Source: Yuukianura sp. NJ FZ-2021 (Eukaryota). Taken from it: a stretch of 64,000 nt of DNA. Under the pieces are notes generated by a model, which was not told where the DNA came from, made no database searches, and saw only the letters and a program-made list of their open reading frames with translations. Below, piece after piece: positions 39,601 through 54,600 of this stretch (the stretch's first letter is position 1; each line of letters begins with the position of its first letter). The translations under genes and the position numbers were made by a program. The DNA lies in NCBI GenBank assembly GCA_046563655.1, contig CM102286.1, positions 13,020,001-13,084,000 of the forward strand. Reading direction: 5' to 3'.

Positions 39601-42600
39601 GTCAACCTTAAAAGTTCTAAAGCCAAGAGGTGAGCCCTTAAGCCCTATGCCCTTTTGGCCAAGGTTTATTAGAAGGGAGATGATGAGCATCTGTTTGCCC
39701 TGAACCGAAGAAAGTTAAGGTTCATCTTGCGAAGATTAATGTTGTTTTTTTCATGGATGAACCTGGAAGGTACTTTGGCTTTTTTTTTAAATTTTGGTAG
39801 ATGCTGAGGCTGACTTAAGGGCTAAAGTACCTTTAGCAGGGAGAAGATGAGAAACAAGACAAAAAATGATTGGCAACAGGTGGGAAGAGGGGAAGAAGAA
39901 GAAGATCTTGACGTTTTCGGTGGGTTTTGGACTTAACCCAACGCTTTAAGATTAAACTCCGAACATACTCCTCCCGTTTGAAAAAAAAACTTCAAGGGCT
40001 GAGGGAGGCTATTATGAATCTCTCGTTTCTCCATAAAAAAGAAAGAAAACAAGCAGCTACCGTGTTACGACCAACACACAAAAAAATTATCAGAAGCGAG
40101 AAAGTACTCCCTTAACAAAGGGGGATGAGGGATGAAAAAAATACGGTGAAATAAAAATAAGAAAGGTATTAGGCTACTGATCGACGCCAGGAGCAGGTTT
40201 AAAGAATCACCTTCAGGCACATACACAAGGAAATTTCAGTAGCAGCGACCAGCAGCAGCCCATTATCATTTAAATTTAAGGCTCCTGGCCCAAAGTACCT
40301 TTGTCACTCCAATGTTATCTCTGCCCACTTAAAACTTAAGGGAGCAAGCCCTTATTTGCTCATTCACAACATTATGTCACACAGTCACAAAAAACGACGA
40401 CTGCCTCAGACGATAAAATCTAAGGAAAAATCAAGCTTGGCCTCAAACATTACAAATCTTAACGCTTTCTAAGAAAACAACTTCTGACTTTTTTTAAACA
40501 AATAAATATAAAACCGCGTTGTTGTAATAAATTTTCATCGTTGTGTGTTTCCATGTTTCGATAAAAAACACTTGAAAAAATAGTATATTTTAATTTTACA
40601 TATAAACTTTGTTGTCTAAAAATTTTAACAAAAAGAGGGTAACCCTGAAAAACCTGTCATGTTCAAAAGCCGTAATTTTTTTCTTTAAAAATTAGTGTAT
40701 TCCTTACTCCGCCTCACTACGGATGAGGAATATTGCGACATTCCCAGGTTCTGAGGTAGGGAATTTGGGGATGATGGGGATTCAGTTTTTTTTTATCAAA
40801 AATATATGTGTCTAACTAAACTCAAGTTGAGCAGAGATGCTGGGTTTTACAAAACATCGCCAGACCCCGAATATCGCAAATCCGCAAAATTAGTTTCAGT
40901 TCACTGAATTCGCCAACTTTCCATGCATGTGATTTTCATGGAACCAGTTAGATACAAAGTAAATCGGAATTAAAATTGAATTATAAGTTGTAAACAAAAA
41001 TTTCCAACAAAAAAAAAACAATTTTAAACTCTTATTACCAAGATTTCACTTCACCAAAAGGAAATTTTAGGTATACCTAAGAGTTAGCCAGATTACATCA
41101 ACAAGAAATATTAGGTATTCCTGAGCCTTCGCTAGATTGCATCAAGAAGAAATTTTAGGTATTCCTAAGACTTATTTAGTTGTCAAAACAAGCAAAAAAA
41201 TGAAACACTAAAATCTTCGATTCAACTCAAAAAAAGTAGCAAGAATAAATTCATTTCAATTTATACTAAAAAAAATTAAACTTGCTTGTTTGCAAGGAGC
41301 AGAGGGTCAATAATTCTTACGAACGAAATCAATGAATGACGTTTACGAACTTGATTTAGTTCAAAATTCAAGTTTGCAAAATGAAAAATTTAATAATCTA
41401 CTGCTATTAATTTTCGTACCAAAAAGTATAACAATTTTTAAATGACTCAATAAGTTGGTACTTAACTTAAACTTACTGACTGCTAAGTGGTATGCTCTGA
41501 AACAAAAATGCAGGTTGCAGCCATCATCAAAATCATCTTAAATTTTCTACACTACCAAAAACATTAAACGAAGTAAAAAGTTCTTTTAAAATTCAAATTT
41601 TCACATTAATTCTATAATTCCCTCCTCTGCAATTCTGCACCCAGTGCTTTCTGTTTCTGTAGTACTTTTTACAATGGGATTGGCATCACCTTGAACATTT
41701 TAGAAATCAAGCCTATGATCAGACGGGTTCAATTTTCCCCAAGCCCACTTTCTTATACACTTAAAGTTGCGCCTACCATTCATTCATAAAATTCATTCAT
41801 CAGGCGGAATAATACAGGAGTTGCCTCTTGTAATAATCCACTGCAACTTTAGACTCCGCAAGCATAAAACGCCTTTTTGGAAAGAAATGATGTAAAACTC
41901 TGCAAAAATCAATTCTTTTCAATCAATTCAAGGTCTAAAAGGTCCCTCAATAACACAAAACCAGAAAACCATTTTTTCTACTCTGCTGAAAGCTACATTT
42001 GCAAACCCGCACCCCTCCAAGACACGATCCCAGTAACCTCACACAATAAAGTTACTTTCTGCAAACAATGTTTCTTGCTCAACTTACTATATGCACAGTA
42101 TATTTGATCATGACGACAACATCTACGTTCATTCAATTCACAGATGACTAGAAGCAATGAATGAACATGATGGACATCTTCATTCATTTCCATTCTCACA
42201 AATCACAATTACTCAACCTCACCCACAACCATTTTAAAGCAACTCTGCTCCAAACACTTGCAGTTTCCAAATTCAAAATCCCGCAATTTACCTCTAATTC
42301 AAAAGAAAAAAAAACGCAAAAAACAACAAGATTTTTCTAGACATTGGAAAATCTCAGCAAATAGTAAATTTTGAAAATTTCTCGTGTACCGTGTCATTTT
42401 CTGGCTAAACCGGAAGTTGGCCGTTCAAACAAGCCTTAAAACGCATCTTAAGAAACAACGGTTCTCACTTACAAGTTTTTGGGAGGCCATGCGCATGTAA
42501 ATATTTATTTTTCCAAAAAAGCTATTGTCAAAAGCCTAAATTTATTCTCAAAGGTAAAAATCTTAAGAATTACAGGTGCCATTTCCCTGTTACACAAAGA

Positions 42601-45600
42601 GCAAACTTCTCCTCCCTCCTTTTCCTTTTTCAAAAAAAGAAACAAACAAGAACAATGTATTTTTCCTGTTTTCAATTTTTTCAATTTTCACTGAAAACTC
42701 TGAAAACTCACAACTTTTCTAAGATTGTAAAACTCTATGTGCTTTCTTTCCATTTTTACTACAAACGGGGTCTCGTACAAATAAGTTCTTACAAATAGAA
42801 ATGAAAGAACGTTTCCATTCATAAAATTTTCAAAAGTTCTACACTTCCTTTTGTCCACGTTCCAAAATCAATACTACTCCTCACCATTTTCAAGATTTCA
42901 ACAGGTGAACGCAACTTCAACCGAAAAAAAAAACTCTAAATCTGAATGGAAATGGAAAGTAGGACTTTTCAAGAAATTTCGTTTATTTTTTTCGGCAAAA
43001 GAAAAGAAAACAAAATTTTTGAATTTTTGGAAATCCTATTTGCAAAAAATGTATTGGACAATTTGGCAGGTAGAATAAGTCAAGCGCTAGTTTGAATTTA
43101 TAGTTTTAATTGAAAGGAGAAGTTTTAGGTCTAGATTTGAGTGATTTTAGGTGTAAAGGCTTGAAGTTAGACCAGAACTTAGGTTGAGAAAGACTTTAAC
43201 CCAGGGCAGAAGGTAAGAGGGATGAAGGAAGAGATGACGCCGAGGGATGAGGGATGATGCGATGAGGATGGAAGATGCGAGAATGGTTTTTGGTCAGCAG
43301 AGAAACGCAGAAAGAAAAACTTCTTTCATTGAACACTTCCAAAATAAAACTAGGAGCCAACTTCACTTTCCTCCACCACTTCATTCGCACTCAACGACCC
43401 AGTCGAAGAAAGCATCTCTCCCAATTGAGTTCAAATTCTGCCTACAAAAGAAAGTCTATTGACATCTTTCCAAAAATAAAAGCGTTTGAGAGTAACCTCC
43501 AAAATTCAAAGTGTGACAGTGACCCATATTGTTCACAAATCAAAACGCCGAAATTAATTATTGTTGTAAACTTGAAAACTAAAAGTGGATTTCTGAGATT
43601 TACGAATGAACAAAGTGGTTTCACTGGCCAAGTGGAAAATGGACTGAAAATGAATTTGATGACACGGAATTGTGCATCACTGGGGCACTTCGTCTACACC
43701 CTCCTGTTTTTCCTACTGTCCAATACATTCAATCAGTTAACCCCGTTCAGTACAATGGTTACGGCAATTCCAACGCCGCAGATACTTGGACAGAATTTAC
43801 TGCCCAAAACGTTACCAAGCATACTTCCTCCAAAAATTATATATGCAAATGGGGTAAGTTGACATGTCTACTCACTATTTTTTGAATCCACCGGAATCAT
43901 CCGTAAATTTCAAGGTTCGTGAACAAAAAAAAACTTTTCCTACAACAGGTGGTCCATTAACTGGAAGTTTTAAAATTTGTTTGAAAAAAAAATCTGCCTT
44001 TCTGTGGTAATTTTTTGCATGTAAAGTAAATCAGATTGGTGCAGAAGAATTTCGGAAACCCTGAGGTATTGGACAACCTATTGTAGGAAATACAATTTGT
44101 TGTATTTCGGTTGTCAAGGAACCTTGGTAAATTTGTTGGAGAGATTATAAGTCATAATTACAAAAATACTTGCAAATATTTCTGCCAAAGCAAAACTCCA
44201 ATGTTTCCTTCTGATTCCATAATTTCCACATTTCAGAAAACGGAAGAGACGTTACCAGACTGTAGTCCAATGTCAGTATGCAACAAAGTTGATGTTTACG
44301 ACAAGCCGTGGATTGAAAAACAGTGCAAATGCAAACAGTCACAGTGCTCAACGTCACTTTCTCCATCTGATGGATTTACCATAATGGATAGAACGAGATA
44401 CTACAAGGTTCGCAAATACAAAAATAAGTTAAACAACTAGTTTGGGTGCAATTCTAAATCATAATTTTTGTATTTACAGCTTTGTGAGCCAGTACAAATA
44501 TTAGCCAAATGTCGTTACTTTCGTGATGTAACCTGGACATTGGTTACAAAAGGTGACAACTTGACCCAACACATAGTCCACTGTGAATGCCCTACAGACT
44601 CCGTAGCATATATGATCAAAAGACAAGCCTACCACACAGACGGACACGAAGTCGGTTTCAAATACTCCTTTGCATGCTCACCCCAAACTGTAAGTTACCC
44701 AATTGTTTGCAGAAAACAAAAATTTGCTTAAATTTTAGAACAATGTAAAAAAAATCAAAAACAAAATACAAAACGAAAATGTTCCAAAAAAGCAGAAAGC
44801 TGCTGAGAAAAGCTAACAAAAAAACACTAAAATATTTGGCAAAGCACTTTGTCACATCGTCCCAAAAAATTTTCTTTCGCATTTCAGATTCCATTTTTTC
44901 GATAAATAGTCATTTTTTGAAAATTTTTCAGAGACTGCTATGTCAGCGCAAGGAGCCCTGTCGCCTGTTCTCTCTAAAACGACGGTCGAATATTACCGAC
45001 GTAAATACAAGTACGCTATGTCACTGTCCCAGTGGATTCACATGTCCCAGTCATCACCAAGACGCAGGAGTCATCACTGGCAAATTCTACCCCGAAAACA
45101 TGGTCAAAACATTCTCCGGCTATTGTGTTCAGTAAGGAAATGGGCCCTTAAGGGCCCAGCAGCCACTACTTCCCTGAATCAATCTCGTCCAACACCTGGC
45201 TACACACCTCCCTCCAACGAAATCTTAGGAGAGCCCTTAAGTCCCCTCAACAAAACTGTTCATCTGAAAAAAACGAAATCTGGACAGAAATACTCAAAGG
45301 AGAGACCATGTGGAGGACTTTTTCAAAATGCAACAGGCTGCTGTGTGGACTTATTCAGCAAATGAACAAACAACGAGACAGCTGGATTCCCGCGGTTCCT
45401 TACTCCGACTATCTGTACTCTCCATTCACAACTTTTTCAAAAAAAATTATTTTTTGAAAATGTTTTTCCTCAACTGCGTAGCCAAGCCAGGAACCCAAAG
45501 GCAGATGACTCGTCCCTCCAAAAAGCCATCAAGTGCCACTACCACCATAACCAACATAATAGCCAAAACCAATTGTACAAAACTCATATTACAAATCATA

Positions 45601-48600
45601 TTTTTCAAAAATTTAGAAATGAAAATACGAATCATTTTTTACAAATCAAAGTCCAAAATTCAAGATAATCAAGGACAACAAATCATCTTCTTACAATTGT
45701 AATGTGAAGACAAAGTGAAGCTGTGGTGCCTTAAACACTAAAACTTCTGAAAAATTCCTCTATAAATGCTCAATCATCTAAAAGACAGTAGACAATCCTC
45801 GTAACTTTCAAAGTTCATAGGCATTTCAGTTGTGATTTTTTCGTAACTGAACATTCTGTGTATTAAATGGAAAATGAAATTATTTAAACACAATAAAAAA
45901 AATCAACTCCAACTTAATTCATTGCTCATTTTATATTCGTCTTCTGAAGCGTATTTTATAAAAACCAGAATTTTTCAAAGATATGATGAAAAAATTTTTA
46001 CTGCAACTACTGCATCCTAACTTTTCCAAATAAAAAAAAAGTGTTTATAAGACTCATTCGTTTTGAAAATTGTCAAAATTTTCAGCTCGATTCCTTCTTT
46101 TAAAAAAGAAAAAAAAAGAAGTATCAAGATGAGCGAGTTTTGGAAATCATGTGCTGCAAATTATTCTAATGATACTTTGAGACAAAAATAAACGCAAACA
46201 TTCGCAATCTGCAAAGAAAATTCAATTTTTTACACAACCAGATTAGTATGACTACAAAATGATCGAAAACAAATTCCAAGTGTTGTTGATTGTCTCGTGA
46301 TCAAAATTTTGCACCCCCCAAAAATAAAAAAACTGGCGTCCTCTTTTGCTAAGAAACATGTACAGTGGATTCTCTAAATAAGGGAAAAAATCACGATTGG
46401 AGGATTGGTAGTAGGCGCCTCTCCCAGTACCGTAAGATTTCTGGTAAACGGTCAGTTATATGGAATTTAAGGCTAGGAACACCATTCTAATGAAAATTTC
46501 CTGTTTCGAAGTTCAGAGTATATAATTAATATTAATATACATAATATTCATATATTAATGCTAATTATATGTGATATCTATATACTAATCAATATTATAT
46601 GGTATATTATATGCAAATTGCGTTGTGAATGTCACCCTTATTAAACAGGTTATATAATATAATATATTATATACAGTGCGCTGTTGCGCAGGTTGTGCGC
46701 TGTTGCGCAGGTTGTGCGCTGTTGCGCAGGTTGTGCGCTGTTGCGCAGGTTGTGCGCTGTTGCGCAGGTTGTGCGCTGTTGCGCAGGTTGTGCGCTGTTG
46801 CGCAGGTTGTGCGCTGTTGCGCAGGTTGTGCGCTGTTGCGCAGGTTGTGCGCTGTTGCGCAGGTTGTGCGCTGTTGCGCAGGTTGTGCGCTGTTGCGCAG
46901 GTTGTGCGCTGTTGCGCAGGTTGTGCGCTGTTGCGCAGTTTGTGCGCAGATATATATATAATATATATATATATTATTAGTTAATTTTATTTAATTATCT
47001 AATTACTTTTGTTTCGCACCAAAAAAAAATTAACCAAAAAAAACAATCGTAAAAAATAAGCCGATAAACTGAAACATACGTTCCCTCCAAAATTAAAACT
47101 TTACGGTACCGCGACTTCGACTGAAAGTGAGAAAGAGGAGGAGCTCCTGTCCCTTATTTAGAGAATCCACTGTATTGCCAAACCGTATTAAGCTCTGCGC
47201 CATGGACGGAGAACCATCCACTGGCAGTTTAGCAAACCAGCGGCGTTGATGTACATCAGCATCAATAGATGCCCTTATAGTCACGTTTTAAGTTTTAAAA
47301 CTTAATTAATTTCATTCCACATTTCAATTTTCTTACATTTTACAATTTAACAATAACTTCAATTAAAGTAAGAAAGCCTCAAAGAAAATTTAACCCCACG
47401 ATCAGTAATAAAACGCTTGCCCCACATTTTCGAAGTTTAGAAAATTTAAAGTCATCGACACATTCCCGTTCTCATCGTTTTCGCAATTAGCAATTTTTAA
47501 TGTACACGTTAATTATTAAATTTTAACAAGAGAAAAGTGAAACTCGAACCTTGACCATCACAACAATAACTTCATAAAGTAAATCAATTTTTAATTGGTT
47601 AAGAAAGTCAAGTTGTGGAACACTACTAAAACACAACTTTCTACAAATGTTTTGACACTTAATATAAGAGTCAAAATTTATGAAGGGAGAAACTATTTTT
47701 ATTTCCTCTGCCTAACCTCACCATGACCTCCGCAAAGTCAAAGTTGTCCTCACTCGAAATAATCGTGAGAACTTACTTGGTCCATTTTACACCAAATCAC
47801 AAAAAACAATTCACAATAGAATTTCTAACATTGTAAGTCGCGTGACGTAGGGTCATAAGTCATTTAAGCAAATTTTTTTGACAAGTTTACAGCAAAATTC
47901 TCCGGAGAAAATAGTAGATAAAAAACATTTCGAAATTACTGTTTCAACTATAGCACAATTTTGGAATTGGAACAACAAATGTATAAAAAAAATTTTAAAT
48001 CGCCTGAACAAAATTTCTGGGTCAAGAATTTGCCAAAATCGTTAAACAAAAAAATTTAATTCAAACTAGCTTGTTTCCTATTTTTGGCTTTAATTTTTAA
48101 ATTAGTCTCATCAACATCACGAGGATGTGGTAAATTCTTTCAATTTGTCCTTTTTGATCGTAACAATGAATAACAAACACTCGAAAACAGGCAGGACCTA
48201 CTTTCTTCCATATTTCGGAATTTTACGAAGCCAAATTTTGTAAAACTTTTGAAAAATTTAAAGCTTTTACATTGGAATTTTCGAACACAACTTTCCTCCA
48301 CTTCTTTCATTCTTCAAAGCCGCCTCAAACAAAAGAATTGGCGGATATTAAAAACTTAAAGTCTGGTCGAGTAGCGGCAATTATGAATTTCTTCTTGAAT
48401 TACAGGAAGTCACCTCAATTTTAAAAAAATGAAATTTAAAATAACTTTTCTTAATCAAATTAAAAAAAAAGAAAGCATCCAATTTTCCAAATTAAAAAAA
48501 TTTCCATTTTGACATTAAATCATATTACGACAAAAGAAAACAATAGAAAATGTCAACAACTCCCAAAACGGAAGAGAAACTTGAAAGTTGAAACGAAACA

Positions 48601-51600
48601 AAAGATTTTTTGATTAAAACTTTTCATTTCACGAAATTTTAAAAATGAAAGTTGGAGACAGTGACCTGTTCATGACCTTTGCTTGCTTGATTATAGGAAT
48701 TATCAAGTTTTTGTCACTTTCTGAGCACGAGCGTGTTCAGCAAATGAAACAAATCAAATAAAATGTTAACCTTAGCAAAATAAATGGATTAGGAACATTA
48801 TATATGTAATTTGAGAGACTTTGTACATTTTGTGAAATTGGAAAGCGAAAGTGCGTGATGCACTTTTCAACTCTCAGGTGAATCGATTCAATCAACAACA
48901 CTTATAAAACACATTTTTCAAGTTCACACACACGACACATGTAAACAAAAAAAAGCTTTTTGGAATCAAAAGTTAATGAGCTGTGCATGTACCGCCTTAA
49001 TTTGCCCTTTAACGTTCAAGTTCTATCAAGATCCGATTTCACATTGATTCTTGTCATTAAAAGCTATAATATAAATTTGACATTTGATATAATCAATAGT
49101 ATCAAAATTTCCAAATTCTCGTGATTCTCATCATTATCACAATCGAAATCAAGAGAGAAATTTCAAAGTCATGAACACGAGCGACGGATGAAAATTGAAG
49201 AAAAAGTTGATTTTTGTCAATTACGTGCGAACACCACTTTATATTCCACACTTTTGCAACACTTTCACTAAAAAATGAAATGGAAATTACGTTAAAAAGT
49301 ATTTTGCAAAGTAATGCCAGTTTCAGTGACATCCAATTGACATTTTTTTAATTAGGCATAACGACTTCCTCAAAATTACGCAACGGTACTATGATCTTCA
49401 AGTTTTTCTTTTCAAAAAAAGGTAAAAACTGGATAGCCATTGTCAAGTGGCAGAAACGGGTAGTATTAAACAGCTAATTTATTCCACGGTTGTCACCAAA
49501 ATGTTTCGCACAAAAAAAAACACACATGAACTGTTTGTTTAAACTGATGCTTCCTGCACTCAGCTAATCATCATGAACTTTTCACACATTTCAAATTATG
49601 TGCAAGAAAAAGAAAGGTAATCTGCCATGCGTAAATTTCACAAAAAGTCCCCAACAAAAAATGTCTACGCACAACTTCTGTTTGTAAAATTTCAAACTTT
49701 TGAACCTAGAAACTGGAAAATATGCCCTAAATGTATTTTAAATTTCATTTTTCACGGGTTGTTCAACATATCATGAACTTCAAAGTCCAGTCACAGACTT
49801 TTTATGCATTTGAAGGGATTTGGTAGAAAACTTCGTGAAGTTTGTACCACCACCCAAGTTTTTCCATTCCCTAGGTTTACTCTAATCAAAAATTTATTTT
49901 CTCTTCCCTCAAAATTGGAAAATAGATGAAGATCAAGGAAAGACAGATTGAGAAAAGAGGCTCGAAGAAGATGACTTGGCACTTCACTCCCGTAACCACA
50001 TTTATTCTTCTTTCAATCTACATAGTGTGAACATCTCAAGGCGTTTTGTCCACAATAGCGTCCTTCATGACTCTCAACTTACTTGTTATGTGCACAGTAA
50101 CATACGAATTCGGATCCTGACAAAACAATCTTGTTCTACATTTTGACAAGTATATTGCCAAAATTCACTCAATTCAGTAGTGATCGACAGGAGGAAAAAC
50201 ACAAAACTGAACCAAATAATTTCTGCGGCTGACAAACCGATTTTGTCCGACTCTCAGCATGGAGCTTAACTTGATCCTACGTACATTTCTACTAATTACA
50301 AGTATTTTTATGCAGAGTTCATTTTCAGCAAAATCAAATTCAAAATCAACAGTTGTCGCCGAATCGAAGCCCAACATAGCTCCAGTTCCACCAAGTACAT
50401 CATCTCTACCAATTTTTCCATCAAAATCAAAATGGAAACAAAATACTATGACCAAAGTGAGTATAACCAAAGTTCCAGACGACTCAAGAACCTCAGCAGA
50501 GCCATCGAGTGTCACTGGAAAATCCGGAACGCCAAAGGTAAGAACAACAAAAATCAACAAAACACAAACTTACTACAAAAATTTAAAAAAAAAATTCAAT
50601 TCTTTTTTTCTCATTTCAAAATAATCTTCCGTTTCAATTCGGTTACCAATAATACTACAAGAGACATTGACATGACACTTCCGTGAGATTGTGGACCGCA
50701 TTTCGGATGTGGTTGACTAATACCAAAAATATTCCAAAATCGGCAATGCTTAGAAAAGTTTTTTTAAAATTACTTTTCAATTCCTGTTCCCAAAATGCAG
50801 GAAAGGGAAAGATCAAATGCGTGATCCGATCTATCGTTTTTGTCTTTTGCGGTAAACCGCCAACACTTTTCGAATTTTTTCACCGATTTGAAGAAACTTT
50901 TCAGAAAAAAAGTAAAACACCGCATCCTTCTCGTCTCCTTCTTCTGTAGCCTTGAATGAACTTGGTTCCCCTTCGTAGCCTCTTAAAAGTTCATTGAAGA
51001 ACTCGAGAGAAATTAAATTTTCTTCCGAATCCCTTGTGAACTCTGCTTGCCAACAAAACCACAACCAACTTCCTTCACTTTACAACCGAACCCAAACAAA
51101 TAGACATTTTTATCACTCTCAGCCTTAATCCTGATCTTTCAAAATTAACAACATCTCTTTTTCCCGCAAATCCAGGTTAACTTGTGAAAATTTGGAGTAT
51201 AAAACGACAATTACACGTAGGAGAAACCACTTATAGTGCATGAGATTTTTTTAAAACAGGAAACGATCTCAAAATCCTCACTTTCCGAAAATCTCGATTT
51301 CGAAAGAATGAAACAAAAAATTCCTCAGGAAAATTCCTAAGGGTAGCGAAAGTAATTTGGCGAAATAGCAGTATAAAGAAACCACAAATTTAAAAAAAAA
51401 CGTTAAGAAAACAGCAAATTCCATCAAACGAATACAAGAATTGCGAACTTGCACAAATTCTAAATTGTTATGATTATGCTGCTTGCCGTTCGTCACGTAT
51501 TGCACTTATTCCTTTCTTTCCCCAAATCCAAAAAAAAATTGGCAAAACACCAAAAAAGAGGTGTCAAAAAATTTCACTCAGTTTCACTACTAACTCATAA

Positions 51601-54600
51601 TTGGCTTTTTAATTCTTCAAGTAACTGAACTAATTAAGAAGACTATTAGAAAACACTAAAAGCTCATAGTTATTAGCCAGACAAATTAAAAGTCGCAAAA
51701 ACAATAAAAACTAACGTACTCGAGGACTCGAATAATATATTGTAAACTTACTTCTGCACGACAAAAACTCAGGATTCATCAACGAAACAAGTAAATTACC
51801 CTGTCGTGTCCGGCATTTAAAATCCACATTTAGCCAAAAACTCCATTCAAGAAAGGACAAAAAATAGATTGTTAAAATCGTCTCAAACTTTCCTTCAAAC
51901 ATTTGAAAAATTCTAGGTACACATACCCAAGCAAGAAATATACATAAATTTTTAAATTAAACATTTTTTTTTCAAGATTTGTGAAAAATTTGTCAAACAT
52001 TTTTCCAAGGGCACCGCAAAAATTTGTTTTTCCAACCAAAAAAGTTTTCTCTCCAACGCAAACTCCTAACTCCGATTAAATTCGCACGTTTCTTCGTTTC
52101 GATTTACCTCAGAGTCAAAAACTGTTTTGAATATTTATGCGGAAATTGAACTCAGACAGAGAGGAAGTCCCGTTAAAAATAAACGTCGCCACATGAAACC
52201 TTTGGAAATTCTGTCAACCCCTGCGTCTTTTCCCGGAATTACTTTCACTCCATAAACATCTATCTAAACTCAAACTCACTTTAACACCGTTAGAACCAGA
52301 ACTGCTTTAAAACACTTCCTGAATCCCGTGTGTCATCCCTGCATCAAATTATTTCAAACATTCCTACAAAAGCACGCTTGTATTTAAATTTAAATTTTAA
52401 AATTTAGACAGCAGGGGATGTTACAATTAGAATTATCAAATTTAGGAGTACGTGACATTTTCGGGCACGCGAAATTTTCTCTCCACCGTTAAACCCAATA
52501 AATCACAAATCCAAGTTGACTTTTTTCACCTCCCATTTTAAAAACCAATAACAATTCATGCACGTTCCGTTTCTGCAACTTTCCCCAAAATAACAGTAAA
52601 TCAGCAGTAAATAATTCCCGAAATTCAACAACCAAAATAGCAAAAACCAAACATAAATTTGTCAACTTGGGCCAACTACAACAATGATAAGCATAAGAGA
52701 TTTATATTTAAAAAGTTTTTATGAAATTTAAAACAAAAAAAAAGTGCGAAAGCAAATCCGGAGTTGTTTATACAAATTGTGTCAAAATCAAATTCCAGTT
52801 AGCAAAGAGTCGATCAGCCATCAGGTTCTACCACTACAAAACCAGTTGAGATACAGTTCGCAAAGGACGTTACGCATTTTGAAACCGGAAACACAAGTCT
52901 TGTAAAAAGACGATAATCAGTGTAATGCTGCAAGACCGGGAAGATTCAAAACTGTATAAGCTAACAGCCTCACTCGAACAGATTCGCAGCTAACCTTGGA
53001 TAAAACGATGCTGTTTGATTCACCAAGACCAAGTTAATGATCCTCTATCCCTTTCACAAAAAGCTTAAGTAGTAAAAGGCTGGTTGCTGTTGCTAGTAAC
53101 GTAATAACAATTATTAGTAGCGGCACTTTCTTCCCCAACTTCAACTCAGTTTTACATTTTACCCAGAGAAAAAAAACAAAACGATCTCAAAATATCTCTT
53201 TCCACTTCCACCAAAACACTACAATTTTGAGGCAACTTTGATTGCAACTCCGTCCTTCCCCATTTCCTTTTTGTCAAGAAAGTGGAATTTTTCGTAGTAA
53301 AATATTCTCCTGAAACCTAGACATAAAGCACCGTTTTTGCTACATGTTTCACCAAAGGGCGTTTTACAACCTTGAAATTTCCAAAATTTAATGTTGCATC
53401 AACGTTTACGTAACTCAAACGGGAAAATGCAAAAAATTGTGCAGAAATTCCAAATTCTGCATAGTTTTACACTCTCAAACGTTCAACCCGAACACAGTTT
53501 TCAAAAGAAAAATGAGACAAAAACTTCAAAAACCTTTAATTTTTTCACCTTTGAAATGCCAACAAGCGCCGAAACGCGCTGTTACATAAATCAACAAACA
53601 AAAATTCCTTTTCAATTTTTGCAACTTGGAAGAAAGCTTCCTCACTTTACGGCACTTTCATGCCGTAAAGTGCGGAATCTGTGTTGTTCCACAGATTTTT
53701 ATGCAACAACAAAAAATTGTCACAAAAATCTGTTTTTAGAGCAATTTAAAAACTCTGCTACCTAATTCCACTTACTAATTTCTTTTCTGACAAAACATAA
53801 ATATCCATTTGCTTCATTTACTCTAAAAACAAAAGCTACCTCACGCACAGCAAAAAGCAAAGCAAAAAACTTGGGGAAAATTGTAAGACAAATAGAACAG
53901 AAAATTTTTTAGACAAGTTTTTGACGTTTTAGGATTTCAAACTGTTTGAAAATAACAGAGAAGACCACCTTGCGTGCCTATTTTCTGTCGTGACCATTAG
54001 GATTTAATAGTGTTGTCATCTTCTTCTTCCAAAAAATACAATGGCTTGTGACGAAGTCAGTTCTACCAATTCAACAATACGAAATGATCTTCATGCATAA
54101 GGCCATGACGAATCTCCCAGCGAGTCTAAAGTTAAACATTGCCCTTATAGTTTTCGCTGCGAGAGAAAAAAGCTTCCATGCTATGCATATCTAGGTCTGG
54201 GTCAATCAGTCCCAATTTTTATAGGATTTAGGTGTTGTCTAGCACTTTTTCTAGTGTTTTACCAACCATAAAATTTTTTTGTTACGGAATGAGGATGTGT
54301 AGAACCCAAATTGTAAAAATAAAACAGTATAACAGTGAATTTGGTTCATGTGTACAGAGATTTCTATCTCAGTCAAAGCCGTTCAAACATAATAAAAATA
54401 TGGTTAGTGTTAAAAATATATTCTAAAGGATGATCCGAGACGAATTGACAATTGAAGAGAACAAAGGACTTAAAAAAATAATGAAGTCGTAAATTATATA
54501 ATAAATGTCTTACACAATTTCAAATTAAAAATCTCTATTTAAGTAACGGGACATTTTACCTACATTTCGTATCGATCGTGCCTGTTTGCAATTTACCAAA

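Noticed and set aside
43275..43649. Long N-terminal extension of the argos exon-1 ORF
   Set aside because: The signal-like hydrophobic segment follows ATG 43650. The upstream part looks like AT-rich 5' UTR, although upstream initiation is not excluded.
46629..46984. Cys/Ala/Arg-rich repetitive ORFs (also 32234-32492) and a CRISPR-like appearance
   Set aside because: They are translations of the 19-bp minisatellite (3 units = 19 codons). Units are contiguous with no spacers, there are no cas genes, and the DNA is eukaryotic.
47203..47280. TGGACGGAGAAC matches the first 12 nt of miR-184, with CCCTTAT nearby
   Set aside because: The match stops at 12 nt, the star-like fragment is on the wrong side, and no precursor hairpin is evident.
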